This document shows, piece after piece, positions 54,616-63,436 of a stretch of DNA of 64,000 bases (position 1 is the stretch's first letter; the number at the start of each line of letters is the position of its first letter). The stretch is taken from assembly GCA_965238175.1 (NCBI GenBank), contig CBDEGZ010000003.1:2784001-2848000 (forward strand). The letters run 5' to 3'. The notes beneath the pieces are model-generated. The model saw only the letters and a program-made list of their open reading frames with translations. It searched no databases and had not been told where the DNA came from. The translations under genes and the position numbers were made by a program. Origin of the DNA: Gammaproteobacteria bacterium (GTDB taxonomy: Bacteria; Pseudomonadota; Gammaproteobacteria; CAJXQU01).

Positions 54616-56319
54616 TCAGGCGTTTTTCAATTCTTCTTCTGTCATGTGATGCTTAGGGTTAACAGGTTTCATGAACATATTTGCAAGTAAAGCAATAAAC
54701 AACAATGCCGCCATTAAATACATCGTTTGATTGTAGAGACTAGAAGTTGGATCAACCGTCCCTACAGGTGAAATCTCCATTAACTTAGAAATGGTGACTG
54801 TTTTTGTTTCGACTAGTTTATCTAACTGATCAGCTCCTGCCCCAAAAGTCGTTTGAAATTTGGATGGGTCAATATTTTCTACTAGACCTTTTATCGCATT
54901 AATCACTGAATTTTCTCGTAGTGAAGTAATGGCCAATGGTCCAAGAACCCCAGCTGTACTCCAAGCAGTCAATAATCGTCCATGGATACCTCCGACATAT
55001 TTTGTTCCAAAAATATCTGCTAGATAGGCAGGAATTGTTGCAAAGCCACCGCCATACATTGTGAAAATGATCATGGTTGCACCATAGAAAAGCACTAGCC
55101 ACATAATTGATGGGCTAACACTGACCTGTTGGGCAAAATAAGGGATCGAACTATAAAGAAGTATACCTAATCCAAAAAAGATGAAGTAGGTCATTTTACG
55201 ACCAATATAATCAGATATACTCGCCCAGAAGAAACGCCCCACCATATTAAACAAACTCAACATCAGTACATACGTGGCAGCAAATTCAAGATCAACGATG
55301 TCCGGTAATGTTGATCCAAAAATTTCTGTAACCATCGTTTTTGCAACAGCAATTACACCAATACCTGCAGTTACATTAAGGCATAACATAATCCATAGCT
55401 GATAAAACTGTGGTGTTTTGAGTGCCTGATCAATATGTACGTGATGCTGTGTGATCATACCTTGTTTGGCCGTTTCTTTAGGTGGCTCCCAACCTTGTGG
55501 TTTCCAACCTTCTGTTGGGATACGGTAAGAAAACGCTGATATCAACATTATGACAAAATAAACGGCACCTAAAGTGAAAAATGTTTCAGCCACTCCAACT
55601 GTTCCTGTTCCTGCAAGGTAAACACCTTCTGGGCCCGGCACTAGCATACTAGCAACATCATTTCCTCCAATGACAACCGCTTCTTTCATCTGGCCACCCA
55701 CTTCGACCATCCTTCGTCCAGCTTCAGTCACCAGGTTAATGCTATCCACTGAACCTAGATATTCAGGGGCTTGATAAAAGGATTTCATAATTGGCCCAAT
55801 CAAAAATTTGGCTATCATCGCGCCACCACCAAAACCCATGATCGCAATTCCAGTCGCCATACCACGTCTATCTGGAAACCAGCGAATCAAGGTACTCACA
55901 GGAGAAACATAACCAAGACCAAGACCACAACCACCAATCACCCCATAACCTAAATAAAGTAACCAAAGATCACCTGAGAGAATACCTAGTCCTCCAACGA
56001 GAAAACCTCCTCCCCAACAAAATGCTGCAACGGTTCCCACCTTTCTTGGCCCTACCTTTTCGAGCCATTTTCCAGCAATAGCTGCCGATAAACCTAGAAA
56101 AACAATTGCAACTGTAAAGATCCATACAACACTTTTTAAAGACCAATCATCCGCTGCACTGGTCACCACACCAATACGTTTGATTAATGCTGGATTAAAA
56201 AGGCTCCATGCATAAACAGAACCGATACAAAGGTGAATTCCTAAAGCGGCTGGTGCTATTAACCAGCGATTAAAATCAGGCTTTGCGACAATTCGTTCTT
56301 TTGAAAGTAAACCGGACAT
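54616..56319 (-). CDS. OFA-family MFS transporter (oxalate/formate antiporter-like)
   Basis: HLCIGSVYAWS, WFPDRRGMATG, YGGGFATIPAYLAD, IHGRLLTAWS. Confidence 0.9.
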   Translation of the reverse strand: MSGLLSKERIVAKPDFNRWLIAPAALGIHLCIGSVYAWSLFNPALIKRIGVVTSAADDWSLKSVVWIFTVAIVFLGLSAAIAGKWLEKVGPRKVGTVAAFCWGGGFLVGGLGILSGDLWLLYLGYGVIGGCGLGLGYVSPVSTLIRWFPDRRGMATGIAIMGFGGGAMIAKFLIGPIMKSFYQAPEYLGSVDSINLVTEAGRRMVEVGGQMKEAVVIGGNDVASMLVPGPEGVYLAGTGTVGVAETFFTLGAVYFVIMLISAFSYRIPTEGWKPQGWEPPKETAKQGMITQHHVHIDQALKTPQFYQLWIMLCLNVTAGIGVIAVAKTMVTEIFGSTLPDIVDLEFAATYVLMLSLFNMVGRFFWASISDYIGRKMTYFIFFGLGILLYSSIPYFAQQVSVSPSIMWLVLFYGATMIIFTMYGGGFATIPAYLADIFGTKYVGGIHGRLLTAWSTAGVLGPLAITSLRENSVINAIKGLVENIDPSKFQTTFGAGADQLDKLVETKTVTISKLMEISPVGTVDPTSSLYNQTMYLMAALLFIALLANMFMKPVNPKHHMTEEELKNA

Positions 56320-56493
56320 CTGCGAGACTCCTGTGGAATTATTGTTAGTATTATTATATTAGTTTATAGCTTTCTTGGGGGATGAACTTCTTACGCAGGA
56401 TAGATCTACCCCTTTGTTTAGTGACAAAATGAGAGTGACGAATCCGAGTGATTATGTCAAGCACTATCCCTAAGTCTGGAGTATAATTTTGTT

Positions 56494-57501
56494 ATGGATA
56501 AAAATGAATTTGACTCTCCTTTAACTGATTCTTTTGGTCGGACTGTGTCTTATGTCAGGATCTCTGTTACGGATCGATGTGATTTCCGTTGTGTTTATTG
56601 CATGAGTGAAGACATGCAATTTGTACCACGAGCACAAGTTTTAACATTGGAAGAATTGAGCCTCATCGCACGTGCATTTTCAGAACTTCAAGTAAGCAAG
56701 ATTAGAATCACCGGTGGCGAACCACTGGTACGCAAAAATGTCATCCAGTTATTTAACAATATTGGAAAGCTTCCTGGCGTCGATGAATTAGTGCTCACAA
56801 CTAACGGATCACAATTACCCCACCTGGCCGCTGATTTAAAAACCGCTGGTGTCAAACGTATTAATATTAGTCTGGATACACTTAAGGTAGACAAATTCCG
56901 AGAACTCACACGCGTTGGCGATCTAACAAAGGTTTTGGCTGGAATTGATGCTGCACTCGACGCCAAGTTTCAAAAAGTTAAGCTCAATTCGGTCATCCTA
57001 AAAAATCGAAATGATGATGAGGTGACAGATCTCGTCAAATTCGCCATTGAACGAGAAATGGATATCAGTTTTATAGAAGAAATGCCACTTGGTGAAATAG
57101 ATGATCACAATCGACAAGAAACTTTCTACTCTAGCGACGAGATCAAGCATGAACTAGGTAAGACATTTGATCTTATCTCGACAACAGAAAAAACTAATGG
57201 ACCTTCACGTTACCTCAAAATTCCAAACACTAAAACTCGTGTTGGTTTTATCTCTCCGCACAGTCATAACTTTTGTGCAGATTGTAATCGTGTCCGAGTC
57301 ACTGCAGAAGGCCGGTTATTATTATGCCTCGGCCAAGAACATTCCGTCGATCTAAGAAAAATCATTCGATCAAATCCTGGTGACCTACAAAAGTTAAAAA
57401 CAGCCATTAGAGAATCTATGAAAATCAAACCTGAAGGTCATAATTTTGATCTCAGTGTAAAACCCATTTTGTTCCGACACATGAACAACACTGGTGGCTG
57501 A
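56494..57501 (+). CDS. moaA: GTP 3',8-cyclase
   Basis: CDFRCVYC, FCADCNRVR...LLLC, C-terminal GG. Confidence 0.97.
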   Translation: MDKNEFDSPLTDSFGRTVSYVRISVTDRCDFRCVYCMSEDMQFVPRAQVLTLEELSLIARAFSELQVSKIRITGGEPLVRKNVIQLFNNIGKLPGVDELVLTTNGSQLPHLAADLKTAGVKRINISLDTLKVDKFRELTRVGDLTKVLAGIDAALDAKFQKVKLNSVILKNRNDDEVTDLVKFAIEREMDISFIEEMPLGEIDDHNRQETFYSSDEIKHELGKTFDLISTTEKTNGPSRYLKIPNTKTRVGFISPHSHNFCADCNRVRVTAEGRLLLCLGQEHSVDLRKIIRSNPGDLQKLKTAIRESMKIKPEGHNFDLSVKPILFRHMNNTGG

Positions 57502-58360
57502 TTTTTATTGTCCCGAAATGACTCAGGCTGGGCTTTCTCCAACCTGTTCTGTCAAAGCACATGATGAATATGGTTCTCAAAGAGAAATACAGATCGCTGG
57601 CGAACGACCTCTGTCGATATATCTTGACCGAAGAGAAATCGTCACTTTAATGACTCTGGGTGGTCATCCAGAGGCTTTGGTTCTAGGTTATCTAAAAAAT
57701 CAAAACTTGATCAAAAATATTGAAAGTGTAAAAGCCGTTCAAATTGACTGGGAAACCAATGCTGCCGCTGTCACTACTTTAAAACCTATCGCTGATCTTG
57801 ATCAAAAACTGGCAAAAAAAACCGTTACCACCGGTTGTGGTCAAGGAACCATGTTTGGAGAAATAATGAGTTCTCTCAATAAGGTCAAAATGCAGCCGTC
57901 CCGTCTCAAGCAATCTGTTATATATGATCTGCTCTATAACATGCGAGAGTATAACGATGTCTATAAATCTGCTGGTGCCGTTCATGGCTGTGCACTGTGC
58001 GAGCAAGATCAAATTTTAACCTTTGTTGAAGACGTTGGCCGACACAATGCTGTCGACGCAATTGCAGGAATTATGTGGCTGGGTCACCTTTCTGGTGATC
58101 AGAAAATTTTCTACACCACCGGCAGGCTAACATCCGAAATGGTAATAAAGGTATCTCAAATGGGGATCTCGATATTGTTGTCCCGTTCAGGAGTCACGCA
58201 AATGGGGCTTGAATTGGCTCAAAAAACCGGCGTTGTCATGATTGCACGAGCTAAGGGTAAACACTTCCTGGTTTTTAATGGATACGAACTAATTGATTAT
58301 GATGCTGAGAATTATATTCCTCCTTCCAGACGATCAACTAGCAAACCAAATCTCGACTAG
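57494..58360 (+). CDS. fdhD: Formate dehydrogenase accessory sulfurtransferase
   Basis: TTGCGQG, GAVHGC, EDVGRHNAVD, TGRLTSEMV. Confidence 0.93.
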   Translation: MADFYCPEMTQAGLSPTCSVKAHDEYGSQREIQIAGERPLSIYLDRREIVTLMTLGGHPEALVLGYLKNQNLIKNIESVKAVQIDWETNAAAVTTLKPIADLDQKLAKKTVTTGCGQGTMFGEIMSSLNKVKMQPSRLKQSVIYDLLYNMREYNDVYKSAGAVHGCALCEQDQILTFVEDVGRHNAVDAIAGIMWLGHLSGDQKIFYTTGRLTSEMVIKVSQMGISILLSRSGVTQMGLELAQKTGVVMIARAKGKHFLVFNGYELIDYDAENYIPPSRRSTSKPNLD

Positions 58361-58384
58361 TTTCCACCCATCCTTTTACGATTT

Positions 58385-58710
58385 ACTACCGAATCGATGG
58401 CATCCCCTGGAAATGCAGATTTCAGCGAGTCCAAGCGTCTACACAGTAAGGCAGCGTACGCCGAGAATGGCCTAGTGTGTAATTTGGCCATTTTCAAGTA
58501 AGCTAACGTTGTTGTGTGGACGCTTGGACTCGCCCTCGATGCATGTTCCAGACAGCACTCTACCTCCTGCGTTCATGCAGTCGTTTGGGTGACCCTATCA
58601 TTCTCGCTGGGCAGCGTTGTGTTTCTTGAAAAGGACCAAGCAACTACCCCCTTTCTGATCCGGTGAAACATGCCTTGCCAGCAAGAATGATAGAGAATTG
58701 TGTCAAAGTG
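58385..58710. repeat. Composite palindromic (ERIC/MITE-like) intergenic element
   Basis: 21-bp IR 58425-58445/58513-58533 with one mismatch and an inner GAATGGCC/GGCCATTT stem; 16-bp IR 58595-58610/58678-58693 with one mismatch. Confidence 0.75.
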
Positions 58711-58857
58711 ACAGAAGAATGTCACAAATTATAAACTAAGAGGCCTTGCTATTTACTTGCGTCAATTATTCATTATTATGGACACATACATCGGGTTCCT
58801 AAACCGGACGTTCGATTGATAAAGGATTATCAATTTTTATTTATAAGGAGATACACT

Positions 58858-59499
58858 ATGAAATTCACAGCTAAAAAGTTAGTTCCTGCCATTGTTTTAA
58901 CCGTAGCATCAACCATCACATTTTCAACACAAGCAACAGTTTATAGTTTCTCAAAAAACGTTACTGGCAAGGCGGTAGAAACTTTTTCAAGTTCTTGGGA
59001 TACTCAGAGCAGTGTTCTCAAATTATCATCAAACTTCAATAATAAGAGAGGGAAGATTGATAAGTACTCTTTTCTTTTGTCGGGTGGTGGTGTCCCTAAT
59101 AGAGCAAAGAAATATTTCCAATATAATTTAGATTTAGTAAACAACCGTGTAACTATTACTGACTATTATGACAAAACTGCCACAAAAGCGACATTTGATA
59201 ATATTATCGATATTAAAGACGGTAGTTTTTCATTGAGTCTTGATCATTCGAGTCTTCTTCAAAAGGATTACATTAAAAAGAATTACAATGTTGGATATGG
59301 AGAAAACATTGGTATTTGGAACTTTTTGTATAGTGGTGGCAGGAAAGTAGATCAGCTTGATGTTCATCGTGCAAAAACTACTGCGACACAATCACCTACT
59401 CCTGGTACTGGCGTACCTGTATCAGAGCCGGGCACATTAGCATTAATGGGCTTAGGATTGTTAGGGATGGTTGGCCGTAGGAAGTTAACTAAGAAATAA
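58858..59499 (+). CDS. PEP-CTERM sorting-domain protein
   Basis: AAGGAG RBS, signal peptide, C-terminal VSEPGTLALMGLGLLGMVGRRK. Confidence 0.9.
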   Translation: MKFTAKKLVPAIVLTVASTITFSTQATVYSFSKNVTGKAVETFSSSWDTQSSVLKLSSNFNNKRGKIDKYSFLLSGGGVPNRAKKYFQYNLDLVNNRVTITDYYDKTATKATFDNIIDIKDGSFSLSLDHSSLLQKDYIKKNYNVGYGENIGIWNFLYSGGRKVDQLDVHRAKTTATQSPTPGTGVPVSEPGTLALMGLGLLGMVGRRKLTKK

Positions 59500-59525
59500 C
59501 AATAAGTCATTTTAATTTGACACTC

Positions 59526-59554
59526 AAAGCCGAAGTTAATCTTCGGCTTTTTTT
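59526..59554 (+). terminator. Intrinsic terminator
   Basis: AAAGCCGAAG-TTAAT-CTTCGGCTTT followed by T tract. Confidence 0.88.
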
Positions 59555-59644
59555 GTTTAAGGGATAAAGGCTCAGTAACAAGATGACCGAATCGACCAGC
59601 GATAATAAAATGAAAGCTCCTTCTCTAGTCGAAATGCTGAATAA

Positions 59645-60023
59645 ATGCTGACTAAAAGCCATACGGGTGGTTTTCAACCGAATTTGATTGGGAATGAGAC
59701 TTACTTCAACTACTAACTCCCTCTACCCCTTTACTAGTGCTATCCGCTCGCAATTCCCTGGCATGACTTTGAGCAAGCCCTTGCCAAGCACTACACTCAG
59801 GGATTTAGCTATATGGCAGAAAAATCTCCATTGCCAGCACAGCGAAAGGCAATATCATCGTTGGTACAATGAGTCACTTACAGAGCCTGCATGACAGCCA
59901 TACTTTTTACTGCCGTAGTGATGCATATCGAAACGTTACGGGGTAAAGTCGTTCACACAGTTGTTTGTGTTCGAGACTATCGAAGCCATCATTGGCTATC
60001 TGAAATCAGATTTTCGGTTATGA
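59645..60023 (+). mobile_element. Internally deleted, frameshifted IS5-family transposase relic
   Basis: Fragments PLLVLSA/IPWHDFEQALAKHY, KISIASTAKGNIIVG...LHDSHT, VCVRDYR (cf. DRGYRG), IEAIIGYLKSDFRL (cf. IEPIIGHLK.D.RL). Confidence 0.8.
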
Positions 60024-60290
60024 AAAAAGACCATCGAATTTTTGGTTATGAGAAAAATGATATTTACTCAACAAAAATGATTCTATTATCAATTTTTACA
60101 AATGAAGTAGAAAACAATCCATTTTATTGTAAATATAGAACATTTTACGACACAAATGGAATGACACATTTGAAGCTAAAATATGTAGCCACTGAAGGTG
60201 ATTTTTTGAATATTGAGATAATAAAAGAAGGGAAAACGATTGATGAAGTTTATATGCTAAAAAAATAGTTTGAATTTGAGAAAAAAGCCA
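60020..60290 (+). pseudogene. 5'-truncated cassette gene fused to the IS5 relic
   Basis: Abrupt drop to AT-rich coding sequence KDHRIFGY...MILLSIFTNEVENNPF...; reading continues KK*FEFEK up to the first attC-like site. Confidence 0.55.
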
Positions 60291-60423
60291 GTTGCCAATT
60301 AAAATATATAATTTATTGTTAGTTCTAGCCTGCTTACAAAAATCTCCGCAGATTTTCTATTCGGACTTTATTTACTAAATTAGATGCTTATCCACACAGC
60401 AAACTATATACCAAACGTTAGCT
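60291..60423 (+). other. attC-like site 1 (degenerate R'')
   Basis: TGCCAAT...GTTAGCT ends; internal AAAATCTCCGCAGATTTT hairpin. Confidence 0.6.
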
Positions 60424-60442
60424 ACAGTTAGAGACAACCAAA

Positions 60443-60963
60443 ATGAATGAAAAATTAGAAAACATAAAATTTGAATTGGTGAAATTTACTGAACTTGAAG
60501 TTGAAAAGTTTTTAAGAGAAAACTCTGAAAAAAACATTTTATGCATTTGCCTACGATTACAATGCTGAATATGCAGAAATTAATATTTGTTTCAATACAG
60601 AAGAAGATTTTGAAAAGACACTGAAACATTATCAAATATGGAAATTTGTCTCAGCATTACCAAACCAAAGAAGATATTGTGGACTTAAAATACAGTACTG
60701 GAGATTGGGGTTATCAATGCTTTTCTTCTATAAATGTATTTTCAGAAGATGAACTAACTAAAATACTTGAGAATTTTCCCGAGGATAATTACAAATCTTG
60801 GAAAAAATTTGTTGAGGAATTGATCCAGTCGTTTACTAAATCCATAGCTGATTTTAGTAAAACAAGAACCTTTGAGAAAATTTCTAAAACTGACAACTTT
60901 AAATTTTTTTGTATAGACCATGATGAAAATATTGAAGAAGTCGAAAAAAGAATAAAAAAATAA
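60443..60963 (+). pseudogene. Frameshifted DUF4303-like cassette gene
   Basis: ATG 60443; shifts near 60535 and 60637; FYAFAYD...ICFNTEEDF...LKYSTGDWGY...FFCIDHDE. Confidence 0.65.
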
Positions 60964-60967
60964 AAGT

Positions 60968-61096
60968 AGCTAACAATATATAAAAATAATAGCGATTTTA
61001 GTACTAAATTCAAAGTGAGTTTTTGTACAAAGTTTAGTACCAAATTGAAAGATTAGCACTTTAAATCCGCTACCATTCTTATATTCATCGTTAGCA
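60968..61096 (+). other. attC-like site 2 (best preserved)
   Basis: AGCTAAC...GTTAGCA; nested arms AATATA/TATATT, TAGCG/CGCTA, GATTT/AAATC, AGTACTAA/TTAGCACT. Confidence 0.75.
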
Positions 61097-61115
61097 AACC
61101 TTAAGAGGGGAAAAT

Positions 61116-62354
61116 ATGGGAATAGTTACTGGATTAGACTTAATACATCGTGAAATCACCTCAGAAATGTATCGAATAAATAAGGGAGAAACCACGTCTT
61201 TTATTAAGCAATTAAAAGCAAAACCGTTCAAGATAAAAGACCTTTATCCTTTGTTGAAATCTGAACTGACCGATAACACAAAATTTCAAATCAATAGAAT
61301 TGCGGAAGACACACTAGAAATAGAAGAAATTATTGACGAGGAGTATCAAGAAGAATGCAATGTTTATGATCTATCCAACACCAGTGAAAAAGGAGTAACC
61401 ATAACGAGTCACTATTTTATGCCCTTGCTGCATGAGCTGCTTTCCCACTTTGCACTCGTTGGCAAAAATGTTCAAATAGATTGTAATGGCATTACTAGTT
61501 ACTATCGCACCCCAGAAACCTTTACAAACAATGAGTATCGTTATTACCACTATGTCGAAACATTTGGCATTAACGACCTCTATGCGGGGATACAGAAACA
61601 CATTGACAACTTTAAGGGCTATACTGATTATTGGACATTAACCTTGTTTGATGAGAATTTTCAAATTGAACTAAGTAATCGCAGCAGTGATATATATGAA
61701 GGAGACACAGTAGTCACTCCTGAAGATGAATTCTATAACATCACTATTAGTCAATTACTGCTCCCTCTGGGCGGTCTTGAAAAAGCATATGAAATAGATG
61801 ATAACTATTACTATTCTAGACTATCCTATGCTGAAGTACTCGCTAGTACAAAAAGCTTAATTGAAGCGTTGATAAAAACAGGGAAGGACGGCTTTCTTAC
61901 CACCTTTACGCCAAGCAGCCCATACTATTATAATTTGACTGCCCATATAGAAGAGACAAGCGTAGACCATGTCCTAGAATTTTTGGATATGCCTGATCGT
62001 TATAAGCAAGGGAATAAAATCACACATACCATCCATAAACAAGACCAGGATACGATTAAAATTACCGCTACCCAAAAAGGCACTCGTGTTGGGAATTCTA
62101 TCACCATAACGGATAATAATATTTTAAAGGGAGGACTCGACTTTGATAAATTTTATGATGAGGAAATATTTGCTGTTTTAACCAATACCATTGCCAAGCA
62201 CTTCTGTCCTTGTTATATCAGCTGCGTCGAAATGATTGAATACAGTGGATTTGCTATTTATTACAACGATGAAAAGGATAAACAACTCATTGAAAAGAAT
62301 TTTGCAAAAATAATTGGCATGGAAGAATATGGTTATCAATTTATAAAAGTATAA
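61116..62354 (+). CDS. Hypothetical acidic protein (cassette gene)
   Basis: 412-aa ORF bounded by attC-like sites; AGAGGGG RBS. Confidence 0.75.
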   Translation: MGIVTGLDLIHREITSEMYRINKGETTSFIKQLKAKPFKIKDLYPLLKSELTDNTKFQINRIAEDTLEIEEIIDEEYQEECNVYDLSNTSEKGVTITSHYFMPLLHELLSHFALVGKNVQIDCNGITSYYRTPETFTNNEYRYYHYVETFGINDLYAGIQKHIDNFKGYTDYWTLTLFDENFQIELSNRSSDIYEGDTVVTPEDEFYNITISQLLLPLGGLEKAYEIDDNYYYSRLSYAEVLASTKSLIEALIKTGKDGFLTTFTPSSPYYYNLTAHIEETSVDHVLEFLDMPDRYKQGNKITHTIHKQDQDTIKITATQKGTRVGNSITITDNNILKGGLDFDKFYDEEIFAVLTNTIAKHFCPCYISCVEMIEYSGFAIYYNDEKDKQLIEKNFAKIIGMEEYGYQFIKV

Positions 62355-62358
62355 CATT

Positions 62359-62485
62359 TGCTAACAATAGATATAAAAAATAGTGGAGCAAGTGCCAAAA
62401 CGAAAGTATAAAAATAAAGGCCAGTAATAGTTTGAAAAGTTGGAATGTTATAATCTACTGCTTTTTACATGCTAAACGCTGAGCA
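62359..62485 (+). other. attC-like site 3 (degenerate R')
   Basis: TGCTAAC just after the stop; TAAAAAATAGTGGA / TCTACTGCTTTTTA arms; ends AAACGCTGAGCA. Confidence 0.6.
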
Positions 62486-62496
62486 ATATTTAAAAT

Positions 62497-63159
62497 ATGA
62501 TTCTAAAAGATATCTTTAATAGTAAAGAAATTGATAATTATTTGGTTGCTCATTGGAAGAATATTTTTCATTCTGATTTCATTGCCAAAAGAAAAATCCA
62601 TAATAATGTGGATGAAAAAGAAATGCCCTTCATTATTGAATTGCTTAATGATGAAAACAAAAAATGGTTTGTTGCATCATATATCAATACGGTCGACTCC
62701 TTTAATAAAGAATTATTCAAGAAACTTATTGAGGTTGGAGTTAATACACCGGATCCTAGTTATAATAGTCTCTTTATTCATCCTTGTTCGAGAGTTTTTG
62801 GATGCAATAAAGTATTAGAAGAATTGGGTAAATTATTAGATAAGAATTTTGAAAATGCAGATGGGATCTTAAAATCAATTTATCACGTTTACTCTCTTAT
62901 AGTCTCAGTTAGACAATTTGATGCTGACTGGGAACAAATTGGTTTAAAATACTTATGGGATTCAGATAAAGGTTTTTTCGATTTCAGCCCTAAAAATCCG
63001 GGCTGTAAAATGACTTCTAAAGAATTTCAGGAATACTTACCAACACATTATGAATTTCTTGAAAGAAAGAAAAATTTGATTGTATCTATCAAAAATAAGA
63101 CAACTAATAAGAGTACCATTAAACAAGCCGATCATTTAATTCTACTAATGGAAGAATAG
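62497..63159 (+). CDS. Hypothetical protein (cassette gene)
   Basis: 220-aa AT-rich ORF between attC-like sites; PDPSYNSLFIHPC motif. Confidence 0.75.
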   Translation: MILKDIFNSKEIDNYLVAHWKNIFHSDFIAKRKIHNNVDEKEMPFIIELLNDENKKWFVASYINTVDSFNKELFKKLIEVGVNTPDPSYNSLFIHPCSRVFGCNKVLEELGKLLDKNFENADGILKSIYHVYSLIVSVRQFDADWEQIGLKYLWDSDKGFFDFSPKNPGCKMTSKEFQEYLPTHYEFLERKKNLIVSIKNKTTNKSTIKQADHLILLMEE

Positions 63160-63161
63160 TC

Positions 63162-63335
63162 GCACAACACAGCATATAAAACATAGTTAGCAAGCACTAA
63201 ACAGAAAGAGTTGCTCCTGTTTACAAAGACTGCGAAATTTTTTAAATTTGATTTTTAAGACCATATTCGTCCACATAAATTCTTGCACCTCAACTAGGAA
63301 ACAATATCTATCATATAGATCGAAATCGAACGTAT
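63162..63335 (+). other. attC-like site 4 (left half clear, right end decayed)
   Basis: GCACAAC-ACAGCATATAAAACATAG..GCAAGCACTAAACAGAAAG parallels site 3 GCTAAC-AATAGATATAAAAAATAG..GCAAGTGCCAAAACGAAAG. Confidence 0.55.
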
Positions 63336-63436
63336 TCCCTAAATAAACAAAATATCCTCCAGACCAATTCAAATTATTTACAATTTACGGGGGGAGACGT
63401 AAATTACTTTTAGGAATTTTCCAAACCTTAAAACAA

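Noticed and set aside
229-58475. Numerous 60-150 aa ORFs overlapping well-supported genes (e.g. 245-562, 10644-11096, 32235-32597, 50333-50773)
   Set aside because: Antisense or off-frame shadows with no recognisable motifs.
59891-60268. 125-aa ORF as a genuine gene
   Set aside because: Its N-terminal third is IS5 transposase relic and the rest is a truncated AT-rich cassette gene.
60290-63335. CRISPR array or simple terminators as the explanation for the spaced repeats
   Set aside because: The units are 125-175 bp, diverged and separated by whole genes; there are no cas genes and no GC stem with U-tract.
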